The position numbers were made by a program, and so were the translations under genes. The notes below the pieces were generated by a model that worked only from the letters and a program-made list of their open reading frames with translations, was not told the DNA's origin and searched no databases. A stretch of DNA of 64,000 bases from Raillietiella orientalis. Taxonomy: Eukaryota. Positions 52,300-64,000 of this stretch are shown here, one piece after another (within the stretch, counting starts at the first letter, position 1; each line of letters opens with the position of its first letter). Location of the stretch: NCBI GenBank assembly GCA_036172245.1, contig JAYWIR010000057.1, forward strand, positions 434,001-498,000, read 5' to 3'.

Positions 52300-54700
52300 A
52301 CACAAGCTTAGACTTTTCAAAGATTTCCAGAGGCATCCAATCATTCAGCTACACAGTAGTGTCGTGCAGTCCCTGGTCTCCCATGATGAGATGAATGTAA
52401 TGTCTCACCTCGGGGATCTGTTGCTGCTCCAGCAGTTCGCCAAAAAAGGCGCATCCTTCAGGTTGATACAGGTGGGCAGGATGAACGCCAGCTGGTAATG
52501 CACACGTTCGTCCAACGAGAGGTCAGCACAGACCGCAGGACAGAATGCTCCGAACTGTAAGGTGTAGCCGCTGGTTTGGAGCGTGGACGCACCTTAAGTA
52601 GCTTTCCAAAGTGCGATCTGGAGACCTTGGTCTTCAATTGAGTGCAACTGACTCCAGCACCATTCGATTCCGATCGACGCCGGTTCAGGCACAAAATCTT
52701 CACCACATAGTCCCAACTGGTGCTTACTGGATTGCTTGTCTCTTTGCTGCTCGGAGCGAAATACCAGGTGATTTGCAGTCAGAGGCCTGTTTCTGCTTGG
52801 CAGGTCGCATCTAAGATTTCAGGAATCCAAGCAACGAAGGGCAGATTCGGGGGGCGTTTTCGCAGGAGGATATTATTTTCTTGATGTGATTGGCAGGCTG
52901 TGGCAGCAGTTGGCAGTCGTTTTTTAGCACGCACAGACGTGTTAGGACACGACATAGCTCTCACTTGCAGTGGCGCCAACCATGGTTTACTTAGCGCACT
53001 GGGTAGATTATCCGGGAACACACCTTTGAGCGTGGAGCGAGAAACTCCAAACTTCTGTTCTGGTCACACACGCACTCATACAAACGGATAAATAATTAAA
53101 TAATGGAAATTTCTCTATGATTGGAATAGTAGATGGGGAGATAAAAGTATGAAATGAGGAAGCTTTACAGAAAATGCAAAGCGAGAACTGGTGCCTTCGT
53201 AATTTTCCCTTTAGTACCTTGACATCTCTCTAGATAGAAATTTTTTTGCAGCTGTTGGCTTCTTTCCGCTGTTCAAGGTCTTTCAAACATGAAAAGACTT
53301 CTAGAGATATGATGGATCTTCCGGTCGTTGCTCAGCGGAAGCGGTTCTTGGGTTCAGAAACCGAAAACCCAAGAAAGGGCTGCTTCTGATCGCTCGATAG
53401 GAACTCTTTCTCTGGAGGAAACGATGAAGAAAGCGGAACTCTGATCCCTCCTCGTTGACCTTCAATTCTGAAGCATTAGATATAGGAAAATCCGAGAGAG
53501 ATCTCAAGGCTTCTGACAGACGAGACGGAGGAGGCCATCGAGGATCATTTGGAGGGTTTACCTTCTGCTTTTCTGTTTGGGAAGACCATATTTGTCTCCT
53601 CTCTGCAGTTCGCACGTCTCCCAATAACGCTCTCCTCTTCGACATAGCCGGTGCTGCCTGTCCTCAATTTGACCTTCAGCAAATGCAGCTGCTGCTCCTT
53701 GTCAGTCACCCTCTCCACAATGGTGTCCTGGACTTTGAACATCCGGGGTAAAACCTTCGTTTACTCCTTGTCCGGACAGACTTCGAGTGTGGCGACTTCC
53801 TGCGCATCCTCAGCCGCCAGCCGCTTTCCCCCCTCGGTCACGCCGCCATCCACCCACACTTCCGAGGAAAAAAGAAGCTCTTTCCCAGCTTGCTTCCTCT
53901 TGTCCTCTCTCTCTTCTTATCTCAGTGAATCCCGGATCAGTGACTGTGCTTGGGGTTTTCTTCTTGTTCACTTTAGAGAGTATCAGCTCATGGTGTTCCC
54001 CGAGAGCTTGCAGCAGTAGCACTGTGGTGGTCTCGTACACTCGTGAATGAGGTGGTTTTGTTGCCCGTGCTTGAAACAGTGCACCTTAGGGCAGACACCG
54101 ACCCGGTTCCTGAACTGCTTGCAGCCCGAACAGCCTGTAATGGGCACCGATCGACATGACCCCAAGATCTTGGCCGGATGCGGGTCACCGTTTCCTGGAG
54201 AAAGAGCCATCCGTGCAGTTCTGAAACGCGGTCTTCCGGACTTTTTCGTATTGGGAAAGGAAATCCCACACGTCGTGCCGACTCGTGAGGCAGTTCTGTC
54301 AGGTAGAGAGCGTCGTGGTGGCGATTTCCTCTGTCCCGCTCAGCAGTTTCCGTTTCGGAAGATGCCCTGCTCGGCGAGAGTCTCCTACAGCTCCTCTTCC
54401 GGGGTGAACACCGTGAAGCCGACGGCGGATGAAACGGTCGCCTTCATTTCTGTAAAGTCCACATTTGTACTTTGAAGTGCCGTTGTATGACTCGCACCTT
54501 TGAGAAGCTCACGGTCTCTGCCTTGAAGATCAGCTTGATTCCGGAGTCCATTTTCCCCGCGGGCCGTTTGGCTCCGTTGGATTTCGACATGGAAGGACTC
54601 CTTCGCCTCGCCGTTGCCGTCGCTGCACTCAATATTGTCGGCTGCCACGTGGCCACTGCCGCGTGGGATACCGGTGAAGTTGCTGCCAACTCTGCCGCGA
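52300..54700 (-). mobile_element. Decayed L1/Tx1-clade LINE 5' half: ORF1 with triple zinc knuckle plus APE endonuclease remnant
   Basis: CSGCKQFRNRVGVC-PKVH-CFKHGQQNHLIHEC-TRPPQ-CYCCKLSGNTMS (~54135-53985) is three degenerate CX2CX4HX4C knuckles, typical of Tx1 ORF1. Downstream HLYQPEGCAFFGEL...HLIMGDQ (~52480-52370) resembles the APE pattern YAP...FF..L...GDFN. Confidence 0.6.
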
Positions 54701-57700
54701 CATCAGAATACCGACCTCTGTGCATCCAGTTTCCAGGAATCAACCATTTGGAGCTCCGCTGAGTCGGAGATCAGATCAAGAGACCTCACCAGCAAGAAAT
54801 CTGAACGGAACCTCCTCAAAGTCTTCAATGTTTCTCCCGGAGATTACCATCCATGTCCAGGTCCCACCAAGCACGGCCGGAGAAAGGATTCGCACTGCTC
54901 CTTCGAGTGCTCAGGAGAAATTAAGGATCTGTTGTTCATCCTCGAGATACCCAAGGATATCGCCGTTTTCGATCTCCTCTCCTTGGAGAACGTGTCAGGA
55001 CGGAGGATGCGGTGCATCCACCTGCAAGCATCAGCACCAACAGAAGCTCGAAGGAAGAGATCTTCCAGTTATTTTTGAAGAAAAGCAAGTTAGAGCACCA
55101 TCCTCTGCTCTCTACGAGGAGCCAGGCACGGAGACCTTCAGGGCGCCCTGAAGCGTGTCTCAGGAACATTTCTGCGCCCGGCCATCTGTTAAGGAGGACT
55201 CCATCTTACCGGTCTGGAAGGTAAAGAGCCTCCTTCTGATGTGCGGCTACACAGAACCCTCCAGAGGCATCGCCTGCAAACACTGATTACACCGCGACTC
55301 CCAGGAGCCACTCTCACTCCGGTCACTGGGACGGGAGGAGATTCCAGTCATGCACATCGAATGCCAGTCTCGTGGAAGAGCTGGGCCGGTCTTCCCATGG
55401 CTCTCAAGACGGAATGCGGAAGCTGCGCTCACCATAGGCATTGTCAACGGCTGCAGCACTTGTCACCACGTGCTGCTCACGTCACTGTCCTATTTCAAGG
55501 ATGAGGTTGCATTCGCGAAACAGGGTCCTTTCCTTTCCCACACGAGGTCATGCTCTGAGCGCCACCTAGGTAACAGAGGTTCCATACGAACCCTCCTGTT
55601 TGTCGATTTATTGCTGTATCCTCGCCTCCGGTATCCTTTCCCTCAGTCTCCATTCTGAGGACCCAGATGAGAAGCATCTCACTCCTCTTTCTTGACTGTT
55701 CAAGAACTTCCAGATGTATTCTCATGCTCATGTGAAAACTGTTAAACAGTTGAAGGCCAGCAATTTCCGGGATTCAGACCAGCGCAAAAGACAAGCAGCG
55801 CAAGTACACTCTTTCCCTTTCGTCGGTCGTGCGGTAGTGAGCACGACACCGTCGTACTTTTTGTCTTGATCATTCGCAAGCCTGCAGGGACTCTTGGTCC
55901 TATGAATAGTTGAATTCTCCTGGATGCTTATTTTATTTTATTTTTTTCTCTGCAACTCTTCCCCGGTTTTGCTGTGTCTCCAATGAACGGACTAGTACAT
56001 GTGCTGTCCAAAAGAAGCAATCAGTATCTTATGAATGGCAATACTGCGTCTCCACTTGTAGCACAGTTTTCCTTCGAAATCCACGTTTATTCGAGGAATT
56101 TATTTGTTCTCCTTCCTACAAGCAAAACAATTCCTCCTGAAGCATCAAATCCATTTCCGAAATCCAAAATCCAAATCCACTTTTCTCTTGCGGCATACAA
56201 GAGTTTTCATCCATAATCTCCCGGTTCTGAGATGGGGCGAGGCGCATTCTGATTTCTCAGACAAAGTCTGTTGAAAATGATCCTGGATGCAATTGCTCCC
56301 TTTCCTTTAGGTAGGCAAAGATTGGCTTTCCTGAATGTGCGCCCAAGCTCCCAGACCTCTGCTTGCTTGCATTGGGCACGCACTTGGCACGCACTTGACC
56401 CCATCCCCAGAAACGTAGTTTGAAGTAAAAGTGAAACTTTTCTAGTTTTGCATGCAAAGCAGACATCCCATACCTCCATCCACCTCTCCTAAAATAAGTA
56501 AATTACTCCAGAGATTATCCTGCTTATCTGATGCCTTGAAGTCCATGTTCATTCCTCCTAAACAAACAGAAAATCTGCGCATCACCATTCCTGTCCCATG
56601 ACACGTTGTATTAGTTTGATGACCACTCACATAACATCCTGCTCAGTTTGAAGTCCTGGAATTCCATATGGACCAGCTACTCTCAACATTGACAAGTTTT
56701 CTCCTCACTGAGCAAAAGATTCCAGTTTTATTGGTCAGATTTTATATGTGTCGCATATCCTAAAAACTTAAACACTTCCAACTTTACTTTTAATAAAAAA
56801 AATGGATTTTTTTTTGAGATTCAGAATTTTCCCGTAAAAGAAAGAAAATTATTTAAAGCACAAGACTAATACTTTGTACTTAGTAGCAATTTATAAATTG
56901 CTCACAGATGTCAACACATGCAACATGCAATTAAATCTCAGTATAATAACAAAGTATTCATTCCATTGCATTATTTAGCTATCAAAATTACTGACAGTTC
57001 CTAAGAATAGGAAGAACTTCACAAAGTGGAGTGATTTTGATGTATCTTGGGATTCGAGAAATGCTTAGCAGAGGCGATGTGAACGTTGTCAGACATTTTT
57101 GCTATCCCTTGTCCGTTCACCTTCCGTCGACTTAGGCAGTAATTTTAATGGAAAGAAAGAACAAGCTCTCATGCATCTGAGTAAAAAAAATACACGCATG
57201 ATTTGAACATGGTTTTAGGGTTCTCTGAATAATGGCTAAGCAGAAACTAGAAAATTGTTCTCTTCCCAAACTCCATGTATTTATAAAATCAGTAATCATG
57301 TTAAGAAAATAGTGTTAAACACAGTTCTTCTAACATGGCTCATATTAGTAGCGATAGCAAATACTCGTGATCTCCAGCTTCCAAGCTTCTCGCACATGTA
57401 TCCTTTGGTGTTCATCATGGCTACCATCAGTTACTTGGCAGACGAGTCTTAATTTCTTTCTTGCTTTTTCCTTGAAGTTTTTTTTACTTTTTAACTACTT
57501 TTTACTCTTTGAACTCCAAAACAAAAAACAAAAAAAAAGAGGTTTTACTCATGTTTTGCAGTAAAAACTGCTTATCTGACTTTCTGTCTATGTGCATATG
57601 AATTCGAACTATTCTGTCTATGCAAATTCGTACTGCTTATGAGAATTTCTTTTCCATAAAAAGCAACAACTGTTATAAAGCAGTTGAACTAAATTACTCA

Positions 57701-59056
57701 AAGCCATATGATTTGACATTTGCTTCGTGTCATTTTTAATGAGCATGCCAAATTACAAACTTGTTGAAAAAGTCCATATTTGCTTCATAATGTTTACTCT
57801 TTAGAACGAGTTCACGAAATATTATACCTGTCATTAAATAGGACTGATATGTGCATTTGTTTCTTTAAAAATCACCATATTTGTATAAACTATATTCCCT
57901 GTTATAGATTTTTCATGAGTATCAATGAAACTTTACAGTTTACTTGTTGCAATTTGCGGCCTTCATTTGTTAATCACTAATCGTTGTTTCATGCTATTAA
58001 TGAAATTTCAAATGAGAACTCTGCAAGAAATTCTAGACAACTGCTTACCAAGTATCAAACCCTGTTTGAATGATTAGTTAAAACAATATGCTAACATTTT
58101 AATTACCAACAGCTTACTTTATTCCCAGCATTACACTTAATAAGTATTGGCATTTCCAGGAGCATTTCCTTCTAATTTATATTTATGTAGGAACAGCTAA
58201 CATAAGCTATTTATTCTCAGAAAGTTGGTTAATGTAGTAAATACTTAAAAAATTAGGAAATTATTTTGTTCAACTTATTTGTTTCAAGTAAAGTAAAACA
58301 CCTAATATTTGCCTAATCTCGCGAAAACATTTATTTACCAAGCTTTTTTGAAAAAAAAAAAAACGTTTTTTTTTTTCCGGACTTTTGAGCCAACAAAACT
58401 ACCTCAACTTCAAGCAGTTTTCTTGGATGAATAAACATGGAAGACATTTATTAACTTGGCAAATAAAGTATCCAGAATCTTTGCATCCATAATAAACATC
58501 AAAACTGTAATGCACCTCAAAAATTCAGATCATGAGCATTTGGAAAGGCATTGCATGAAATTTATAAATTTCTTCCGACGACCCTTGTAGCTATACACAG
58601 ACGTTTCTTAGAAATGTCAAAGCCTTTGACTTGGTTTATTCCTTTTTATCCACTTATAGCAAATGTGACGTTTCATTCAGACTAATCTGAAAAATTCAAA
58701 TATAAGTGATCAATTACAGTTACAAACTGTTGTCTAAAGGACTTTACGAGTCATCCGTCTAGTCCTAAGATTTTACTATTTTATTCTCCTAATATTTTCG
58801 AATGTTGAAATGGAAACACTTGAGTGGATCAACCTTGGAACATGACAAGATGAATGCAAGGTGTTCAAGTGTTCTTTGTTTTAAGTATTTTTCTCCGAGT
58901 AATAAGAAATGTTTTAGGCATTTCATAAGTTTATTCTTAAGAGTTTTTGCCTATGACTGTATTGCTACAGGGATTTTCCATCAATTTCCAAGTCATGGTA
59001 TTTCTCTTTGATTGTGAGTGTTACGTGAGTTGAGGTGACTTGATAAGAAGCTTACC

Positions 59057-62000
59057 ATGGTTGCAAAGGCAGAGAACGCAGAAAAATTGAAAACTAAGTA
59101 ATTGTCATTACAGTAATGGATCTTTTCCGAAAGCAATTATTTGTTAAACTGTTGTATTTTTTCTAAACCAAGAAAACATTGATATCTCAATAGATAGTTT
59201 CACTTTCAGTTTTCTGTTTCCGCACCGAATGTTTGTTTTCTTAATTATTCGTTTAATGTGTATTGTGGAAATTAATGAAGAGAATTGAAAAAGTAAATAG
59301 TCTTGCATTCAGATGTAAGCACAAGTTATGGTATAGCATGGAATAAATTCCCGAACCAAGTTTGCACCAAAGGTTTGGGATTTGCTACTTGTTTCAAATA
59401 ATACCGCAAGCACGTTGCAACAGCCCTGATGGACTTAATTGGCAGAATACAAGTCCTGTTAACAAGCTTGTCAAATGAGAATTGTGCTTTAATAAACTTG
59501 AACTTTTTATATTGTCTGCCGAGCTAATTCAGTTTCCAAAAATTGAATTGATTTTTTAAAGTACAGTCTCATTTTTTAAAATTTGCAATAAAATTGTTAA
59601 GCATTCATGTACAGTTGTTTTAGTTTCTTTGTATTACCATATGGCCTAGTTTTAATTAAATTTTTTTAGATTAACCCTTGGACCTGGTGCAGTAGTACTT
59701 TTGCAGTCAGAACTTATAGGTGATATTACCATAGGAAGTCGAACTATTGTGCATCCTCATGCAAGAATTATTGCTCAGTCAGGACCAATCATTATCGGAG
59801 AATGTAACATCATTGAGGAGCAGGCTTTGATCATTAATGTGTTAGTATTGCATTACATGATTGATTTCTTCATGTTCTGTGAAATTGAAAATTAATTATG
59901 TGGATTTACACTTGTGCTGTTTTACTTTTCACATGTTTTCTACTGTATTCCTTTGCATTTGAGAAGTTATTTGTTGAGTAAGTTTCATCAGTTTGTAATA
60001 TTACGATATTAGCCTCCAGATATCAATTTGATTCTTTTGGAGCATCTGGTTAGTCATTTATTTTTGATCACATTTTGATTTTACACTTATTGCAGAAAAA
60101 AAAAAATCTTTATAGTGCACATTTCTATTTTTGCATTTTGTAGCTTACAATAATGATTTTGTGAGTATGTATATTTATTGATTTGAGTAAATTTGAAAGT
60201 GGGCATAATGTTACAGAAATTAGGGATTTCTTTTTTGTGCATTCATGGTAGTACTTTAGAATTTGCAATACTTTAGAATGCAGCATTCAAATGTGCATTC
60301 CATTGAGAAGCAAAATACATTCCATCATTCAGAAATAGACCTAATCATGGATCTGCATTCTTATGAAGGGTTCAAATATTCCAGTACAGAGATCCAGCTT
60401 TCAGCATCATTCCAATTAAGATTGATGTTGTTGATTGATGTCGTAAAGTGAAGATTGCAGAATATAAAAGTGATCAGTATAGACACAATCAGTAGACAAT
60501 GAACAGTGTTGCTAGCTTGCAATGTTTGTGAATGATGAATCCATGATTAATTATTCACAAATGATAATGCATCTTTTTAGTCATCATGAAATCACAACAG
60601 TGACTTTCAAAATCATAATCAGTTATATGAAATTGTCATATGCAAATAATTGTATGGCTTCACAGTTTGTGTTGATTAAATTCTCACATAATAATCTGGT
60701 ATACATGCTGTGGGGATAACAATAAAAATAATTATACATTGATTGTTTGAAGATTGTTTTTTGTGCTGAAGAAAAAAAACATATTATTATTGATAAGTCC
60801 ACATGAGTATTCAAAGACTATTAAATAGAGAAAAACACTGAACTTAAAAAGCATCAATAAAAAGTATTGCACTTAAGAAATATTGCTGAATTGAAAATCT
60901 TCCACAGAATATTCTCCATTTGCAAGTGAGATGCCAAACATTGATGTCTTGGAGATCCAGTAATGAATTTCTGATCCATGATTCATGAAAGTCAATGCTA
61001 TAAATCATTCATGAAATATCAACTGAACTGCCTTCGTTTTCTTTGAAATCCGTTTTGTTTGGAAGTTCAAGGTTATAATAAAAAGCGAATATTTTCAAAA
61101 TGCTTACATTTTATCAAGTACTAAATAATTAAGCCAATCCAAGCCTTTAAAAAAAGTTTCTAATTGTTAATATTCATAAGAGAATAGATTTGAAAGTGGC
61201 TTGTGTTTTGTATTATTTCCTGCCCAACTCCTTTATTATACACACCTGTTCCTTCTCCAAGGAAGGATTTTCTTTAAAGGAGCTCAAACCATGTTCTGTT
61301 AGATGCACCATGTGGCATAACTTAATATTCATCTTCATGCAGACTGATTGAGAGATGCCCAACATTTTCCCTCTTGTTAATGTTTTGGATCATTAATTAG
61401 GTTATAGGCTCAATAAGTTCAGACTTGTAGCTTAACATGGATATTAACTGATGTTTTTAGAATTTCTTTAAATTATGGTTGATGGGCAAAGCAATATTAA
61501 TAATACAATAACATATGGTGGAAGTAGATCCGCTCCTTAACATGTAGCGTTGTTAGTATTGATGATTATTTATTGAAAGCACTTGTCAAATGGTCATCAC
61601 ATTTGTTCAGAAATTTCTTCCAATTTTCTAGGGGCTGTTCTGGACAGGAAAAGGGACAGGCCATGAGAATTGGTGCTAATAATGTATTTGAGGTCGGATG
61701 TGTGAGTGAAGCCATGTCTATTGGTGATAACAACATCCTTGAAGCCAAAAGTAAGAGTGAACAATCTAATGTGGAATTTTCATGTCGGTTAATGCTAGGT
61801 CATGTAGGTCCTTTGACCCAGCTCACAACAGGATGTGTAGTAGGTAGTAAATGCGAACTTTTGGCAAAAGAAATTCTTCCTGCCAACACTGTTGTTTATG
61901 GCAGTCAGCACTACAGAAGGACACAACGTGACAAACCTTTGACCCCAACACTCCTTGTAGACTCTTTAGCACGTATACTTCCCAATTATCATTTGATGCA

Positions 62001-62061
62001 TAAGGCTGCACGCAAACCTCCTGATCTTTTGTGTGGTTCAGTCACCAAAGAAGAGCCATGA
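59057..62061 (+). CDS. DCTN6: Dynactin subunit 6 (p27), left-handed beta-helix protein
   Basis: Exons: 59057-59097, 59670-59840, 61632-61750, 61799-62061. Translation includes [54 protein letters not shown]...[13 protein letters not shown]...[13 protein letters not shown]....LTTGCVVG...LPANTVVYG...[10 protein letters not shown]. Confidence 0.94.
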
Positions 62062-64000
62062 GGCTTATGTCTCATTTTCAGATGCTTGTATTGTGTTTTG
62101 TACAGTGTATTATTTTGAAAACCACTTCATGTTATGGGTGTTTATCTTAAGTGGTCTATGGCATGTGCATTAGAGGCGTGAGGATAGTTGGTACTCATTA
62201 CAAATAGAAAATTTGTCTTCGAAGAAAGAGCATATGTATTCATGTTATTTAGCTTTATTGGAAATGAAATTTAAATACAATTTTGGTGAATAGAAGGAGT
62301 GAGGAAGTTGGGGAAAAATGCAGTCCTCAGGCTGCTTTCCAGTAAATACCCGGATCAAAAAACTAAGAATTGAGAATCAGGTCTTAACATCAGAAAGTTT
62401 TCCAGCTTTTATGTTTAATGGGTGGTTACAAAATTGATTACTTGAAAATGAATTTGATCAGAATTATTCCCCATCTGTGTTTCTGATTTGCTTTATTCTT
62501 TTTCGGGTATCTTGTGGTCATGTATTTCTGTTGTAACCAAGAACATTGATTTGCCAACGTATCTCATGCATTATTTGATTTATTCTACAAATGACTCGAT
62601 GGAGAGAATAGGGAAAAAAATGCGAAAGGGAAGTCTGGTTGTTTAGCCATTCCAACAGAATGTTTTTATCTAAAATAGTCGGTGCAGCAGTATCATTTAA
62701 CTACCGTGAACGGTTGGGTGACATTTTCGCCTTTACGTTTATGACAATTTTAGCTTCCTTGTCAGGTTTTAAATACACTTCAATAACGCGATCTGAATGG
62801 GTTGAGCTTCTGCGGAGAAAAACAGGTAAATATGGGAAGTTTCAGACCGAAATCCTAATTATGCGGCCAGAAGAAGCAGTGCGAGTAGCTTTGAGGATGT
62901 GCTGTGCTTGGCGACATCACTGGTTTTATAGATTTCTTCTATTAGATCCTTACATTTGTTCCTTATGAGGACTACAAAAGGATTATGAGAACCAAAAAAG
63001 AATTTATTAATGCACATCAACCAAATGCAAAATTAGAAATTCAAGATGCGATTCCAATTTCAAGAAATTTCTGTTCAATGTGAACTTTTAACGCAGAGAT
63101 TTTCTTTTCGATTTTTTTTCCAGACTTTTAGCATCATGAACTCAATTCATCTAAGGCGCCTGCATTAGTGAGTACTCAAAGATTCAGTAAACGACAACTG
63201 TGCTCGAAGAGGAACTCAGGTTCCAAAATAACAAAAGTAGGTAAGGGACGACCCCATCTCTCCTTGGTGATAGTCGGGGATTTTTTCTTTCTTTTTCTTC
63301 CGATGACTATGATATGCAAACTACAGATTGTTTCGAAGTTTCTGTTGAATTACGTACGCGAAGTAGGGACTTGATGAGCACTTTACGCAGTCACTAATAA
63401 ATTGCAGTTTCCTAAAGTATTTTTCCTCCCAAGATATCAGTAGTAAAAACTGAGTAAAATAATTCATCTAATAGTAATAAAAGGTAAGTGGTAACTCGTT
63501 GCAACAGGAGTGTGTAAAAGCCAGTTCTAAGTGATCTTATCACTGGATTGCAGAGTTCCCACGAAAAGAATTAAGCAAGGAATGAAAATTGAGAATGCGT
63601 GGCAGTTGCTGGAAATAGCGGCTATCCATCATTTGTGCATTATTAAGATATGGAAACACTGAGAACTGAGCCGTGAAATTGCGAAAGCCGAATTTTGATG
63701 CCAATTCGGAGAGAGGCAGCAGAGATTGTTTGCACACGGTTTCAGAAAGTTAAACACGAATGCTCGAAACAGCATGATTTCAAATGACATAAGCCACTGA
63801 AATCGTTCTTTAATTTGGCTAAAGCAAATTCATCGCAAAAGCAATTTTTTTCCTAAGAATTCGAAAAATTCAGGGAACATCGGCAGGCAGCAGAGGTTCT
63901 GTTTGAAATGATCATCGAAAGTAAATAGTCGTTAAATTCGACGAAAACTGATGCCAACTACTGAAAGATGGCTTTATAATGGTTGTCAGCTGTTTGAAAC

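Noticed and set aside
58345..58378. A13-CG-T11 palindrome
   Set aside because: Homopolymer low complexity, common in this AT-rich genome.
1..64000. Prokaryote-type systems (CRISPR arrays, operons, defence islands), rRNA and tRNA genes
   Set aside because: The window is spliced eukaryotic DNA; no repeat-spacer array, rRNA or cloverleaf was recognised by eye.

Overview
Eukaryotic DNA, most likely an invertebrate metazoan with a compact gene architecture: AT-rich, with GT-AG introns mostly 38-55 bp. Six intron-containing housekeeping genes were reconstructed by hand: bifunctional AASS (LKR/SDH, minus strand), GABPA/Ets97D-like (+), C1D (-), UBXN4 (+), PHF14 (+) and DCTN6 (+). A divergent SDH-only tandem paralog of AASS runs off the left edge. 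Two GC-richer blocks (~17.7-23.9 kb and ~43.4-56.6 kb) are graveyards of decayed retrotransposons (BEL/Pao-, CR1/L2-, NeSL/Utopia-, Tx1- and Jockey-like remnants); most ORF-track calls there are spurious. The most notable observations are (1) the SDH-only paralog with altered cofactor and substrate motifs, (2) an exact 94-bp duplication placed upstream of both SDH-coding units, (3) a U12-type (minor spliceosome) donor in UBXN4, (4) a GC-rich, intron-containing orphan fragment of an insulin-degrading-enzyme gene, and (5) a CpG contrast suggesting gene-body methylation. No rRNA, tRNA or CRISPR was seen. I did not find a clearly novel multi-gene system. All homology calls are by motif recognition, not database search.
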